Source: Octopus bimaculoides
Taxonomy: Eukaryota
Reading direction: 5' to 3'
Length of the DNA: 49,088 bases
NCBI RefSeq assembly: GCF_001194135.2
Contig: NC_068991.1
Span: 54,167,472-54,216,559, forward strand
The notes beneath the pieces are model-generated. The model did not search any database, had not been told where the DNA came from, and saw only the letters and a list, made by a program, of their open reading frames with translations. The position numbers and the translations under genes are program-made. Within the stretch, counting starts at the first letter, position 1, and every line of letters begins with the position of its first letter. Of this stretch, positions 1 through 11,573 are shown one piece after another.

Positions 1-335
1 TGGTAAATAAGAGGGGGCTGAGGACGGAACCTTGGTGGACCCCTACCTCTACCCGGAATTCATTGCTGTACTCATTTCCAACCCTCACCTTACTGGCAGC
101 ATCTCTGTACATGGCTCGCACAGCTCTCACTAACCATTCTTCTATCCCAAGTTTCCTCATTGACCACCAGATAAGGGATCGGGGGACCCTGTCAAAGGCT
201 TTCTCCATGTCAACGAAAGCCAGGTACAGAGGTTTATCCTTAGCTAGGTATTTCTCCTGCAACTGTCTCACTAGAAATAAGGCATCAGTAGTGCTTTTAC
301 CTGGCACGAACCCAAACTGCATCTCATCTAAATTG
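1..335 (-). mobile_element. RTE-clade LINE reverse transcriptase fragment (continues beyond window start)
   Basis: Manual minus-strand translation gives an open frame LDEMQFGFVPGKSTTDALFLVRQLQEKYLAKDKPLYLAFVDMEKAFDRVPRSLIWWSMRKLGIEEW...GVHQGSVLSPLLF, containing the non-LTR RT motifs QFGF, FVDxEKAFD and GVxQGSVLSP. Confidence 0.92.
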
Positions 336-477
336 AAGTTATTATTTTACAGCCAAATTTTCTTCCTGTCACTAACCCTTAACTGTGTTTCAAATAAGGG
401 ATCTTTTATCCCACATGTGTAAGATTATTTTCCTTTGAGAATTTTCTTAGCAAGTTATTTATTTCAAGTAATCTAGT

Positions 478-640
478 GAAGGCCTAGTGGTTAGTGTTGC
501 ACTCACAATTTAGTAATCCCAAGTTCAATTTCCGGACTGAGCAGTGCATTATGTTCTTGAGCAAAACACTTTATTTCATATTGCTTCAATCCACTGAGCT
601 GTAAATGGGTAATCCTGCTATAGACAAGCTTTCTGATTGG
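478..640 (+). mobile_element. Decayed tRNA-derived SINE with CORE-like segment
   Basis: A-box-like GGCCTAGTGGTTAG, B-box-like AAGTTCAATTTCC, then CORE-like GTTCTTGAGCAAAACACTTTA...GTAAATGGG. Confidence 0.45.
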
Positions 641-999
641 TAATGTATAACAAACATCCAATAGTCTTGGTCACTCATGTCATTGTGTGAATCTAGAGGT
701 AGCAGCAGCTGAACTGTCTCATAGCACCGAACAGTTCTTCATTATGGGAATTACATGAATTCTGTAAAAAGTCAACAACTGACTGGCATTTAAATATTTC
801 TTGGCTCTAAATAAGAATCAGTTTTTGTGATGCACTTTTGGCAGTATTATACATGGGAGGTGAGGTTATTATTAGAGATTGTGTGACCTAATATTTATTT
901 GTAGCAACTTGGAAACCTCCGTTGTGTTTTATTCTTGATCATGTGACGTACAAATTGTTTAACATGTGAACATTCATAATGATTAAGTGTTTGTGACAT

Positions 1000-1700
1000 G
1001 TAGGAAAGTGACTCAGCTGCTATGTTCCTGTTGAAGGTTCCTGTTTGAGGTCTTTGACAAGTGAGTAGATGGTCAAGGAGAAGTAAAGCATTCTTTTGTC
1101 TATATAGGAATATGAACTGCTAGAAGTGACAACAAGCAGTTGATGAATGTACAGAAAGGAGAGATTACTAAGCCTTAACATTCACCACAGTTAGTAGCAG
1201 GTGGTTTTGAAGGAACTCGGGATATGTTGCAATGGTGCAGTCAGACTAGGAACTTCCAATCCTAGAAAGGAAACATGAATGCCTCAACTTAGCTTGGAGG
1301 TTTTCATGCTGGACATAGTTAAGATTTTGGTAATGTTTATTGCAACAACATTGCTTTCAATGAAGTTATCAAGATGAAGGACCACTGGTTAGTGACTGAA
1401 GAGAGCGAGGCCCCTGCAGATCTGATCTGGCTCTATAGAATCATTATGCTGGTCAATGAAGAGGGACAAGTCTAATGTATTGAAGGAAGAATATTACCAT
1501 CACCGTTGAGATGTTGGAAATGGCTTTGATGCAAGGTCTGAAAGTTTGTACTTTTTAAGGATTGGATACATTATAGCAGATTTCAAAAGATTCAGATACG
1601 CTCGGAGGGAAAGAGATAAAAGAGTTTAGTGAGGATAGAAATTAGCTCTGGAGAGCACTATTTGAAGGTAATGGAAAGGAGTGCCAGTCATTTGTTGGTT
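1000..1700 (-). mobile_element. Highly decayed CR1/Jockey-like LINE RT
   Basis: Frameshifted minus-strand peptide pieces in canonical order: SITFK*CSPELISILTKLF, MYPILKK, RSAGASLSSVTNQWS, QHENLQAKL, TNCGEC*GLVISP..FINCLLS. Confidence 0.65.
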
Positions 1701-1805
1701 CAGATGATAAGATATTCATTATTAAAACTTTAAAATGTGGAAAACAGTAGACTTCAGATGTTTTTATTTGTATTATTTTTTTCTCATTTTCTTTTATTGT
1801 TTTAG

Positions 1806-3944
1806 GTGAGAAAGCTGATAAAGGAAAGAAGTTGTTGGGTCGAGGCCGTGGAAGAGGTCGTGGTATAACTGCACCACCTCGAAGTCGTATCATACCAGCA
1901 AATCTTGCTAGTGATTCTCGTAAAGTTGAGTGTACAAGGGATCTGCTTGTTGTAAAGATAGACAATGCTCCAGGTGCTCAAGATGATGTAGAAGTTGAAT
2001 ACTCTGATACCGATAATATTGCATTACGGTCAGTCGGTGGTAGTGGAATTGCTTCAGCTAGCATACCTATTTCATATGATCAGACATCACATTCTATCGT
2101 AAGCTCTCCTTACAGTAAGTCCTGTCCTACATCAGGCTGTGCTCCTGCTGAAAAAATGTGGGATACCATACAGGAGAATTCATGGGACCAGTCTCAGATT
2201 AACCTGCAAAATGGTGACCACCTTCACTGTGGCAATGATGAGGAAGATGACGACGACGAAGATGATGATGATGATGATGATGAAGAGGGTGTTATGCTGG
2301 AAGACGAATATATTGAAGATGGAGAGCTTTACAGTGGTATATATGAAGATGCTGAAAATGAAGCCAATTATGGTCTTGTACATGGCATGGTGGAAGGTGA
2401 GGAATGGGAAGACTGTCCTGATGAGGATGACTTTTGCGTTGAAGATGGTCATCTGGTTTATGATAAGACTGATAAAATACAGGAAACTCTTCGACTTGAC
2501 TGTCAGCTAAATCCTGAAGCCCCGGCTTTTGTTCCCACCTCACCAGATTTTTTGAATGCTCCATCAGAAAATGACAAAACTATCAACCTGGCCTCTATAG
2601 AGCATGCCAAAGAGTCTCTTGTTCAAAATAAGAACAAAAGTGTTCAACTCCCAATTTTGAGTAGCAGCTCAGCTAAAGAATTTTCCGCTAATACTGTTGA
2701 CAAAGATGAGGTCCATGAAAATAAAGTATTAAATGACTCTTCCTCCTTCTCCTCCTCCTCCTTAAATCAAAATCTTTGCAAATCAGATTCTCAGAAAGTT
2801 GTTGAGAATCCTGATAAATTGACTAAGACTGATAACGAAGGATTAAATTGCCATGACAAATGTGAAGATAAAGCTGATGGTGATGCTGTTGATGATAGTG
2901 ATGCTAAATTGGAAGATAGCTCAGAAGCATTTACAAAAAGTTTATCAGATTCAGATAGCCTTGTTCCTGATACAGATATTGAGACCAACAAATTAGAAGA
3001 AACTAATTTAGACCCACTGGCAACAAAATCTGATGAAACTGTTCATAGTCACAATGAACAATCAGCAAATAAGGTAGAGAATTCTGATTCTGAAACCAAA
3101 GTTACTACAGAAACAGTTAGATCTGAAAATGAACATAATTCTAATGAACAAATAGCTAAAGCAGAAAATATAATTAAGGAAACTGATGTAGTTGATAATA
3201 AAGATAGCAAAGAGTTGAAAAGTGAAGATACAGACAGCAAAGAAGATGTAGCATCAAAAAGTGAAGATAGTGAAAAAACCACAGTGCCAAACTCAGAAAC
3301 TGATACGAAAACAGAAATTGTTAATGACCAGGCTTCAGTGTGTAACACTGAAAGCATTGTTGATGAACAGAAAGTAGATGTCAAAATAGAAGACAATATT
3401 TGTAAAGAAGAATTAGATAAATCTGTTGAAGAAAATGTTAGCACTGAATCAACTGAGTTAAGTGAAAACCTTGAGACCAAAACTAGTGGGGAGACAGACG
3501 ATAAAGAGGGAAAAGCACCAGTGAAAGAAGATCAAAGTAAAGCTGACGTTGGAGATAATTCTGAAAACTGTTTGAATGTTACTTCTGATGCTTCAAAGCA
3601 GAGAAATGACAATACTAACAGAGACGTTTTTTATCCAACTGAAGAAGTTTGTGCAGTCACGATCAAAGAAACTTTGCAGACTGTCAAAGATGCTGGTGCT
3701 TGGAAATTAAGTGTCAAAGATGATATTGAAACAGTATCAGTGTACAAGAGTTCCAATGAGTCTAATGCCTCTGATTCCAAAACTGAAGGTGTAGCTGCAG
3801 CAGGTTCTGTCTCCTCCTCCTCCTCCTCTCAAAATCCGTTGAAGGAAACTGTTTCTAATAATCTGCCAGACAGCAATAACCAGTCTGTTAATAATGAATG
3901 CAATGATCTTCACAAGAGCAGCACAGATGAAAAATCGAAAACAG
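1806..3944 (+). CDS. Large internal coding exon (phase 1/1, 713 codons) of a PAM2-motif, RG-repeat, acidic intrinsically disordered protein; gene starts upstream of the window
   Basis: Polypyrimidine tract plus TTTAG acceptor at 1804-1805 and ACAG|GTATTA donor at 3944/3945. The frame is open throughout: (G)EKADKGKKLLGRGRGRGRG...CQLNPEAPAFVP..., a poly-D/E tract and D/E/S/K/T-rich composition. The ORF-track TTG start is not the true start. Confidence 0.85.
2501..2536 (+). other. PAM2 (PABP MLLE-binding) motif CQLNPEAPAFVP
   Basis: Matches the PAM2 consensus xxLNxxAxEFxP at L, N, A, F and P; the usual E before F is A here. Confidence 0.75.
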
Positions 3945-4225
3945 GTATTAAACTTCATTCTTCTACTGTTAACATACATTTTTTCACAATCTCTAAGGCT
4001 ACCATATTTACTTGTGTATAAATCACACTATTTTATACTTGATTTTAACTGGAAAAACTGAGGTGCATCTTATACATGGGGCAAAGCTTAAAGCTATGAA
4101 GGGATCAAATTTTGTATTAAGATTTAACGCAAAATTATGGTGCAACTTATACATGGATAAATACAGTAATTTCTTCTGTCTGCTTAAAATGTTAATCTTC
4201 CATTTGACCATTTCTGTTTTTATAG

Positions 4226-4278
4226 AATCTCCAGATCTCGTAAGTGATTGTTCAGAACAAGCATTAAACTCTGTGTAG
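4226..4278 (+). CDS. Terminal coding exon of the PAM2 gene (ESPDLVSDCSEQALNSV*); exon extends to 4305
   Basis: TTTCTGTTTTTATAG acceptor (4224-4225). The phase-1 join with 3944 restores GAA and the frame reaches TAG at 4276-4278. A CAG|GTGAGG donor follows at 4305/4306. Confidence 0.6.
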
Positions 4279-4726
4279 AACTGACTTTGAGACAGTTTAT
4301 AACAGGTGAGGGAACATTCTCTTCTTAATGTATATAACATATTTTTGTGGGAGGGAGTAGGGTAGCAAAACATTTATATATTTTCCCAGTCTATTATGTG
4401 TGGCCAAAATTCTGAACACTTATATGTAGTTATTGTGTGTTGGATTTCTGCCCTTTTCATGCTCAGTTATTTTGCCATTATCTTCAAACAATATTTTATT
4501 ATTTTCTAATTTTACAAATACTTAAGAATTGGTATTTTGTTTACAATAAAACAAGCAATTAGAAAACTTGGATTAAATAATGAAACATTTATGTAAGAAT
4601 AAATGATTATTTCATTAGTCAGCATCAAGGCAGGATCATACCACTTTTGGTAGCCAACCGTTGAGGCGCAGTCACACCATTCGTGTTTCTTGATCAAATA
4701 GTTTTTTTTTCATCTTTTACCATTTA

Positions 4727-5122
4727 CTAGTTTCAGTCATTAGACTGTAGCCATGTTGGGGCACCACGTTGAGGAATTTTTAGTTGAATGAATGAATCAA
4801 TCCCCAGTACTTATTTTTTTTAAAGCATGGCACTTATTCTATTGGTCTCTTTTTGCCAGACCACCAAATTGCAGGCATGTAGACACAACAACAACTACTC
4901 GTCAGACAACAGCTGGTTGTCAGGCAGTGGTGGGGAACAAACACAGGCGTATGCGTGCGCGTGTGTACACACACAGACAATGGGCTTCTTTCAGTTTATG
5001 TCTAGCAAATCCACACCTGGAGCTATAGTTGAAGACACTTGCCCGAGGTGCCACTTGGTGAGACTGAACACAGAAGCATGTCGATGGGAAGCGAGCTTCT
5101 TACGACACTGCCACACCTGTGC
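4727..5122 (-). mobile_element. tRNA-derived CORE-type SINE, family B (internal (CA/TG)n)
   Basis: The minus strand carries a tRNA-like head, CORE-like CACCTCGGGCAAGTGTCTTC, an internal dinucleotide tract and a 3' tail ending CTAATGACTGAAAC. Homologous to 36065-36425, 36690-37085 and 48925-49088. Confidence 0.8.
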
Positions 5123-5759
5123 CCTTGATGATATTTGTATTTAAACTTGCATTCATCCATTACCATCATGACTGTTCATGTTAGGAAAGATTGGAAACTA
5201 AGTGAAGAAACAAAGAATACACCTTCCAACACCCAGCCAGAACACTAGAAGAATGGTGAAATCAATATAAACTTTGTCAAGGCTTTAAGAATATGATACA
5301 GTGAAAACCACAAAAATTGTAGAAAGAAAGAACAAAACAAAGAGTAACCAAAACAATTAAATTAACTTTGATTACCAAACAACATAAGAATGTAAGAATG
5401 AATACAATAAATGCAAGCAACTTGTAGAGCTAAGTGACACTGATGACCATACAAATGTAAGTTATTGACTTTGATTGAAGACGTAAAACATACTTGACTG
5501 CTTTTGAGGGAAGAAAGTGCCTTAATGGGTATTTGAAGATAAGGTGTAAACAGCAGAGAATTGGTGCAAAGTCATACAGAATGATGAGACAAAGATTTCT
5601 ATTTTTAGAGACAATTGACTAAAATACATGAGATGCTGGCCTAATGAATATTTCTTAACAGTCTATTAGAGCAATAATGAAGCATCATATCAGGACGATG
5701 CAATGGGGTTGTTTAAACATTTATTTTAATAATATTGATGGTAATATATTGTGTAAATT

Positions 5760-6180
5760 TAAGGCAGTGAGCTGGCAGAATTGTTAGCACAGCAAGCAAA
5801 ATGCTTTCATCCGTTTTTACTTTCTGGGTTCAAATTCACCTTTTGGGGTTGGTAAAATAAGTACCAGTTGAGGACTGTTGATGTAATTGACTTACCTCTC
5901 CCACCGAATTTGTTGGCCTTGTGCCAAAATTTGAAACCAAAATATTGTGTAAATTTAAGGTAGCAAGCTGGCAGAATTGTTAGCAACTAGGCGAAATGCT
6001 TAGCAACATTTTGTCTGTGTTTACATTCTGACTTTAAATTCGCCAAAGTTGATTTTGCCTTTCATCCTTTTGGGGTTGATAAAATGAGTACAATTTGAGC
6101 ATTGGGCTTGATGTAATCAACTAACCCTTCCCCCAAAATTGCTGGCCTTGAGCCTAAATTCGAAACCATTATATTGTGTA
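5760..6180 (+). mobile_element. Two head-to-tail copies of SINE family A
   Basis: A ~210-bp unit GGCAGAATTGTTAGCA...GCCTTTCATCCTTT..GG.TCGATAA..AGTACCAG...TGGCCTTG.GCCAAAATTTGAAACCATTATT recurs in more than 15 copies across the window. Confidence 0.85.
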
Positions 6181-6212
6181 AATTTAACCCAAATGTCTTT
6201 ATTGTGTTTCAG

Positions 6213-6250
6213 ATTGTATGGAAAAGCATCAATCGTCATCAACTGTCTGA
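6213..6250 (+). CDS. Candidate alternative last coding exon (DCMEKHQSSSTV*) or 3'UTR exon of the PAM2 gene
   Basis: CTTTATTGTGTTTCAG acceptor at 6211-6212. A phase-1 join from 3944 gives GAT TGT ATG...GTC TGA. Sequence evidence only. Confidence 0.3.
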
Positions 6251-7664
6251 CACGAAGAACGCATTTCGAAATGACCCTAAGAGATGTGGTCACATATTTT
6301 TAGTTCCATGCCAATAATCATAATTATCATATCATCACTGCTTGCACTTTTTCTTTATACTTTCTACTCTAACACTCTGGCCTTCATATCAAAAGACAAG
6401 CACTACTAAGGCTACTGCACTTCTCAAATATAAAGTCTCCAACTTGTGAAATACTTTCATTTAGCTATGGTAGCTTGACAAGAGTTTTTGATGGAAACAG
6501 TAATATTTGACAAATTCTCAGAATTGTGTATTTGTTTCAGAATCCTTTCTCATTGATACAGAAATTCAAGAGAAAGTCTAGAAACACTTACTCCTACTGT
6601 TGTTACTACTGCTACTGCTATTATGGAAAAAGTAAAAAAAAAAAAACCCTTACAGTGTTCTGTTAATTTTCCATCTCTGTAACAGCAACACTCTTGACAA
6701 TGATGATGATAATGATTGCTTCCATTGACACCACGATTAAACCATACCATCCTCCGTCCCTCACAATCTATTTGCTGTGTACGTGTGATGTAATTGAACA
6801 TTTTCTATGAATTTTAAAAGGCTCACTGTTTGTAATGAATGAAACAATCACTCTACTCCTCAACTATCATCACACCAAAACATTTTCTCCTTTAATCAAT
6901 TGGTTTTGGCGCTTATGTGCTTAGAAATATTTATTTATATACATTTTTTTTTGCTCTCTTTTTTTTTTTTCTGTTCCAATTTCTTCGCAGCACTATCTCT
7001 CTGAATGCATGTGTGTGTATGTATCTTATAAATTATTTTATTTTCAGTTTTAAAATCTCTTTTTGAAATGTGTTTAGTGCTGTAATGTTGCCAATTAAGA
7101 AAAACTTACATTGATTCAAATTTATCTTTTAATTTATACAATTGTCTATCTAATCTATAATTCTTATTGATAAATAACCATTTTTTAACATTCAGTTTAC
7201 ACGTACATCTTCTTTTCTGGGGTTGATGATGACAATGTTAATAATAAAAATTAGTTGTAGTTGTTATAATTATTATTATTATTCAATGTGGTGTTGCAGT
7301 AAATTCTAAACAAGTGGAGTCCACCACTTAATTTTAATCTGTAGTTGTAACTACTTCACATACTTTGCTAACGATCTTTGGAAAGGGTTGAATATCACAA
7401 CATCCTCCTCCTCCTCCCAATGTAAGAAACCACCTGTTCTTTTAATCTTTTCTTCCTTAGTGTAGACAAATAAATTTCTAAACTATATTCTTTGGCTTGG
7501 TCTTCTTCCAAGTGTTGTTGTTGTTGCTGTTGTGCCCCACCGCCACCACATTCAGAAGTGGTAGTTTGATAAAATGTGCACACGCTCGGGGTTTTTTATT
7601 AAAAAGACTGGAGAGCTCATTACATGCCTTTGATGTTCCTAGATGAACATTTAGAATGTCACAT

Positions 7665-9180
7665 ATGTGTTTTTATTATTTGCTGAGGTTGACTTTACCT
7701 TTCATCCTTTGGGGGTCGATAAATTAAGTACCAGTTGAACACTGGGGTCGATGTAATCGACATATCCCCTCCCCCAAAATGGCTGCCCTTGTGGCAAAAC
7801 TTGAAATCATTATTATTATGTGAGAAATTATCATTATTATTATTCTTTTCTTATTTATATTATTATTGTTGTTGTTGTTGTTGCAAAAAGACAGTGGATT
7901 GGCAGAATTGTTAGAGCATCAGATAAAATGGCTTGTAATATTTGTTCTGGCTCTTTACATTCTGAGTTCAAATTCTTCTAAGATCAATATTGCCTTTCAT
8001 CCTTTTGAAGTTTATTAAATAAACTATCAGTCAATATTTAAGTGTCAATTTAATTGACTAACCACAGTCCCCTTCAAATTTCTGGCCTTGAGCCTGTGTT
8101 AGAAATAATTATTATTATTAAAGCGATGAGCTGACAAAATGGTTAGCATGCCGGGCAAAATGCATAGCAGCATTTCATTCGTTTTTACATTCTGAGCTCA
8201 AATTCCACTGAGGTCAACTTTGCCTTTCATCCTTTCAAGGTTGATTAAATAAAGTACCAGTTGAACACTGGGGTTGATGTGATCAACTTATCCTCTCCCC
8301 AGAAACTGCTGGCCTTGTGCCAAAACTTGAAATCATCATCATTATTATTATAGTAGAATTTAAAGAGCACCGAACAAGTTGCATTTTACTTTTTTAATAC
8401 ATCCTGCCTTTACATTCTGAATTAAATTCTCTTGGTGATGGGGCAGGGATCAATAAATTAAGTACCAGTTATCATCATCATCATCATCATCATCGTTTAA
8501 CGTCCGCTTTCCATGCTAGCATGGGTTGGACGATTTGACTGAGGACTGGTGAAACCGGATGGCAACACCAGGCTCCAGTCTGATTTGGCAGAGTTTCTAC
8601 AGCTGGATGCCCTTCCTAACGCCAACCACTCAGAGAGTTATGTATTGGAATTAGTGTAATAAAAACCCTCACCACTAAAATTTGTAGCCCTGTGCATATA
8701 TAAGAAATCATCATCATTCTTATTAATATTAAAGGTGACAAACTGACCAAATCATTAGTGTGTTGGACAAAATGCTTAGTGGTATTTATTCTGAATTTAA
8801 ATCCCGCCACGGTCAACTTTGCCTTTCATCCTTTCGGGGCTGATAAAATAAAGTACCAGTCAAGTACTGGGGCTGATGTAATTGGCTTCCACCTCCTCTA
8901 AATTTGCTGGCCTTGTGCCAAACTTTACAGCTATTATTATTATTATTATTAATAAGGTAGCAAGCTAGCAAAATTGTTAGCATGCTGGATAAAATGCTCA
9001 ACAGCATTTCCTCTGGCATTGTTCAGAGTTCACATTCCGCCAAGGTTGATTTTTGCCTTTCATCCTTTTGCGGTTGATAAAATAAGTACCAGTCTAGCAC
9101 TGCGGTCGATGTAATTGACTAACCCCTTCCCCCAAAATTTCTGGGCTTGTGCCTATTGAAGAAAAAATTCTAATTGTTAT
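7665..9180 (+). mobile_element. Train of ~6 head-to-tail family A SINE copies separated by (ATT)n tails
   Basis: Copies at ~7680-7810, 7890-8110, 8120-8345, 8370-8468 (partial), 8735-8940 and 8955-9175. Confidence 0.85.
8470..8638 (-). mobile_element. Young 5'-truncated RTE LINE 3' end with (GAT)n tail, nested in a family A SINE
   Basis: Nearly identical to 28722-28890, which is contiguous with RTE coding sequence. It interrupts the SINE at AGTACCAGTT. Confidence 0.85.
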
Positions 9181-9612
9181 TATTGAATATAGTTCTTACT
9201 TATTTATCTGTACAGCTATTCAATGTCCAACTTCTGATTAAATGACAGCAATTTTTTAATAATTTTTGAAATACTTTTTCAGTGGTGTTTGGATATATCT
9301 GATGCAAATTTTTTACCCCTCTTTTCAACCCTTACTTTAGTATTTTCTGAAGTGTTAACAGCCATCTGACTGACAATATTTGTGTGTTTACCTGTGAGCA
9401 CCTTATTTATGTATTTTTTATTTTTATTTTTATCTGAGTATTTAAAGAGTGATTAGCCAGTAGTCGTACAGCTTACAGCTATTGATATTCTTATAATGAT
9501 AGATAGCAACTCTGATAACTACACAGTAACTAGACTGGCTGTTTTTCCTTTTTAAGGATGAAAGAAGGTTTCCAAATTAAACTTCAACTAACCAGTCATC
9601 AGTTAAAATAAT

Positions 9613-9835
9613 TACACATCTGTCCTTGTTTATCACGAGTGTATGGTGCTGCACAAATCAGTGATAAATGAATCATAGAAACTTATAGGGATAAATAGAT
9701 TTCATTCTCAGACCCTCGAGTTATCCTGAGCAATTGTGGATAGTGACTGGGGCATGCTTTTGAAGTCCAAGCAGAAACTATCTAATCACCGACCCATGTT
9801 ATCTCAGATCAGTGATAAACGAAGACAGATGTATA
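9613..9835. repeat. 223-bp segment bounded by 24-bp imperfect inverted repeats (MITE-like)
   Basis: TACACATCTGTCCTTGTTTATCAC (9613-9636) matches the reverse complement of 9812-9835 at 21/24 positions. Confidence 0.5.
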
Positions 9836-10842
9836 AACAGTTAAAACTAATTGTGATATCTAAAATGGATGCTCTTTTTAATTATTGTTGAACTTTCTTC
9901 AACAAGTTTCTTTCTTCAAGAGTCAGCTTACTTTTACCATTTTCATGTTGCTGTCTTTCATATAATTTTCTTTTCCATAGGTGCCTTTCACAATTTAACA
10001 TTAGGGCTAAAGTAAAATATAAAGATAAATGAAGATTTTAAAACATTGCTATTTATTTATTTATTCAGCATTGCTTTGTTTTTATTTTCTCTCTTTTAAT
10101 TCTATTTCTTCTTTAATAATTTAATAGCTATAACTGGTGATGATGATTATGTAAATTATTTTATTATATACACATATATAATGTATGTATATTGTGTACC
10201 CAGACTACTGCCTCATACTCACATATTAGTGTTCATATATACACACATATATTGGTAAAAAGTTGCCTGCAAATATGTCGAATATTTCAGGAAACATCTC
10301 TGATATTACATATCAATTTCAGAGAGTTATTGCTGAAGTATTTTGAGATTCAGAGCTATTAAGAGATTTGTCTGAAACTCTCAGTCTATTACAATATAAC
10401 ATGTTCTCAGAATTCGTTTAGACACCTGTTTTGCAAAATACATGTGTGTTTGTGTACACACACACACATTTTTTTTATACTTAAACAAATAATTGTACCT
10501 CTGTGTTAAATATCATTTTACCCTAAATTGGTTGAGACAGTTTTGACATATAATCCCCCGTGATATTTTTTACATATTCCAGCAGAACAAAATATTCTCT
10601 TTGTATTCTATGAAGCCAAACCATAAGAAAGGTCTGCTAGAATTAACAAATATGATGACCAGGAGTTTTTCATGAACAAACCTTGAAGAATATTCATTAC
10701 AATGCCACTAATAATAAAAAATTCTTCGACTTTATATATATATATATATATATATAGTTCACTGAAATTACTTTTAATTTTAGACATAACAAGTAGCATT
10801 GATAGCTATAGTTTCAGAGTAATATGATTATGCTGAACTTCT

Positions 10843-10871
10843 GAATATATACATACATGTGTGTGTGTGAT

Positions 10872-10909
<38 letters not shown>

Positions 10910-10925
10910 TATATATATAGATACA

Positions 10926-10967
<42 letters not shown>

Positions 10968-11046
10968 CATATATAAATATATATATATACATACATATAT
11001 ATATATATATATATCATCATCATCATGTATGCGTGTGTGTGTGTGT
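10843..11046. repeat. Compound (TG)n/(TA)n/(CA)n microsatellite
   Basis: Directly visible. Similar tracts lie at 11245-11290, 11460-11575, 13900-14045, 18520-18610, 29760-29845, 46015-46095 and 46845-47125. Confidence 0.95.
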
Positions 11047-11541
11047 GCAACAACTACATCTTCATTTGGTTTTTTGTTGGTTTGTCTTCTTATTTTTTAC
11101 AATATGTTTATATCCCTGTGACTAGTAAAGTTTATACATAGGGTCTCTTGGGTTCTTATCTAATTTTGGGATTTCGTTATATCAGTAACCAAGAGTTTTT
11201 CATTTTATTTCATCATATTTAACCAGAATACTATTTAAGAAATTATATGTGCACACACACACACACACACACATATTTATATATATCTATATAATAAATC
11301 AAAGGGGACCCAGCAGTTACCTTTGGCAGCACTCCTGTGAACACTAGCTATCGGAAATTTCTTTGGTAGAAATATTAGTTTCACACAAACTGAAAATTCA
11401 GACGGTTACCGTCTGTTGTGGAATATAAAGTACCAAGTGAAGAATGGAGTTGTTAAATATGCATGCACGCACACACACATATACATATATATATATATAT
11501 GTGTGTGTGTGTGTATGCATGCATGTATGTGTGTGCGTGTG

Positions 11542-11573
<32 letters not shown>

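Noticed and set aside
63-422. 119-aa plus-strand ORF
   Set aside because: It is the antisense shadow of the RTE reverse transcriptase on the minus strand.
2139-3480. Alternative-frame and antisense ORFs over the large exon
   Set aside because: By-products of the low-complexity real coding frame.
7395-7583. Minus-strand ORF with polyQ/polyG, and a plus-strand signal-peptide-like stretch
   Set aside because: Driven by trinucleotide repeats, with no ATG or coherent exon support.
5760-9180. Regularly recurring ~210-bp units as a CRISPR-like or satellite array
   Set aside because: The context is eukaryotic, the copies are diverged and dispersed through the window, and each has a tRNA-like head and microsatellite tail typical of SINEs.
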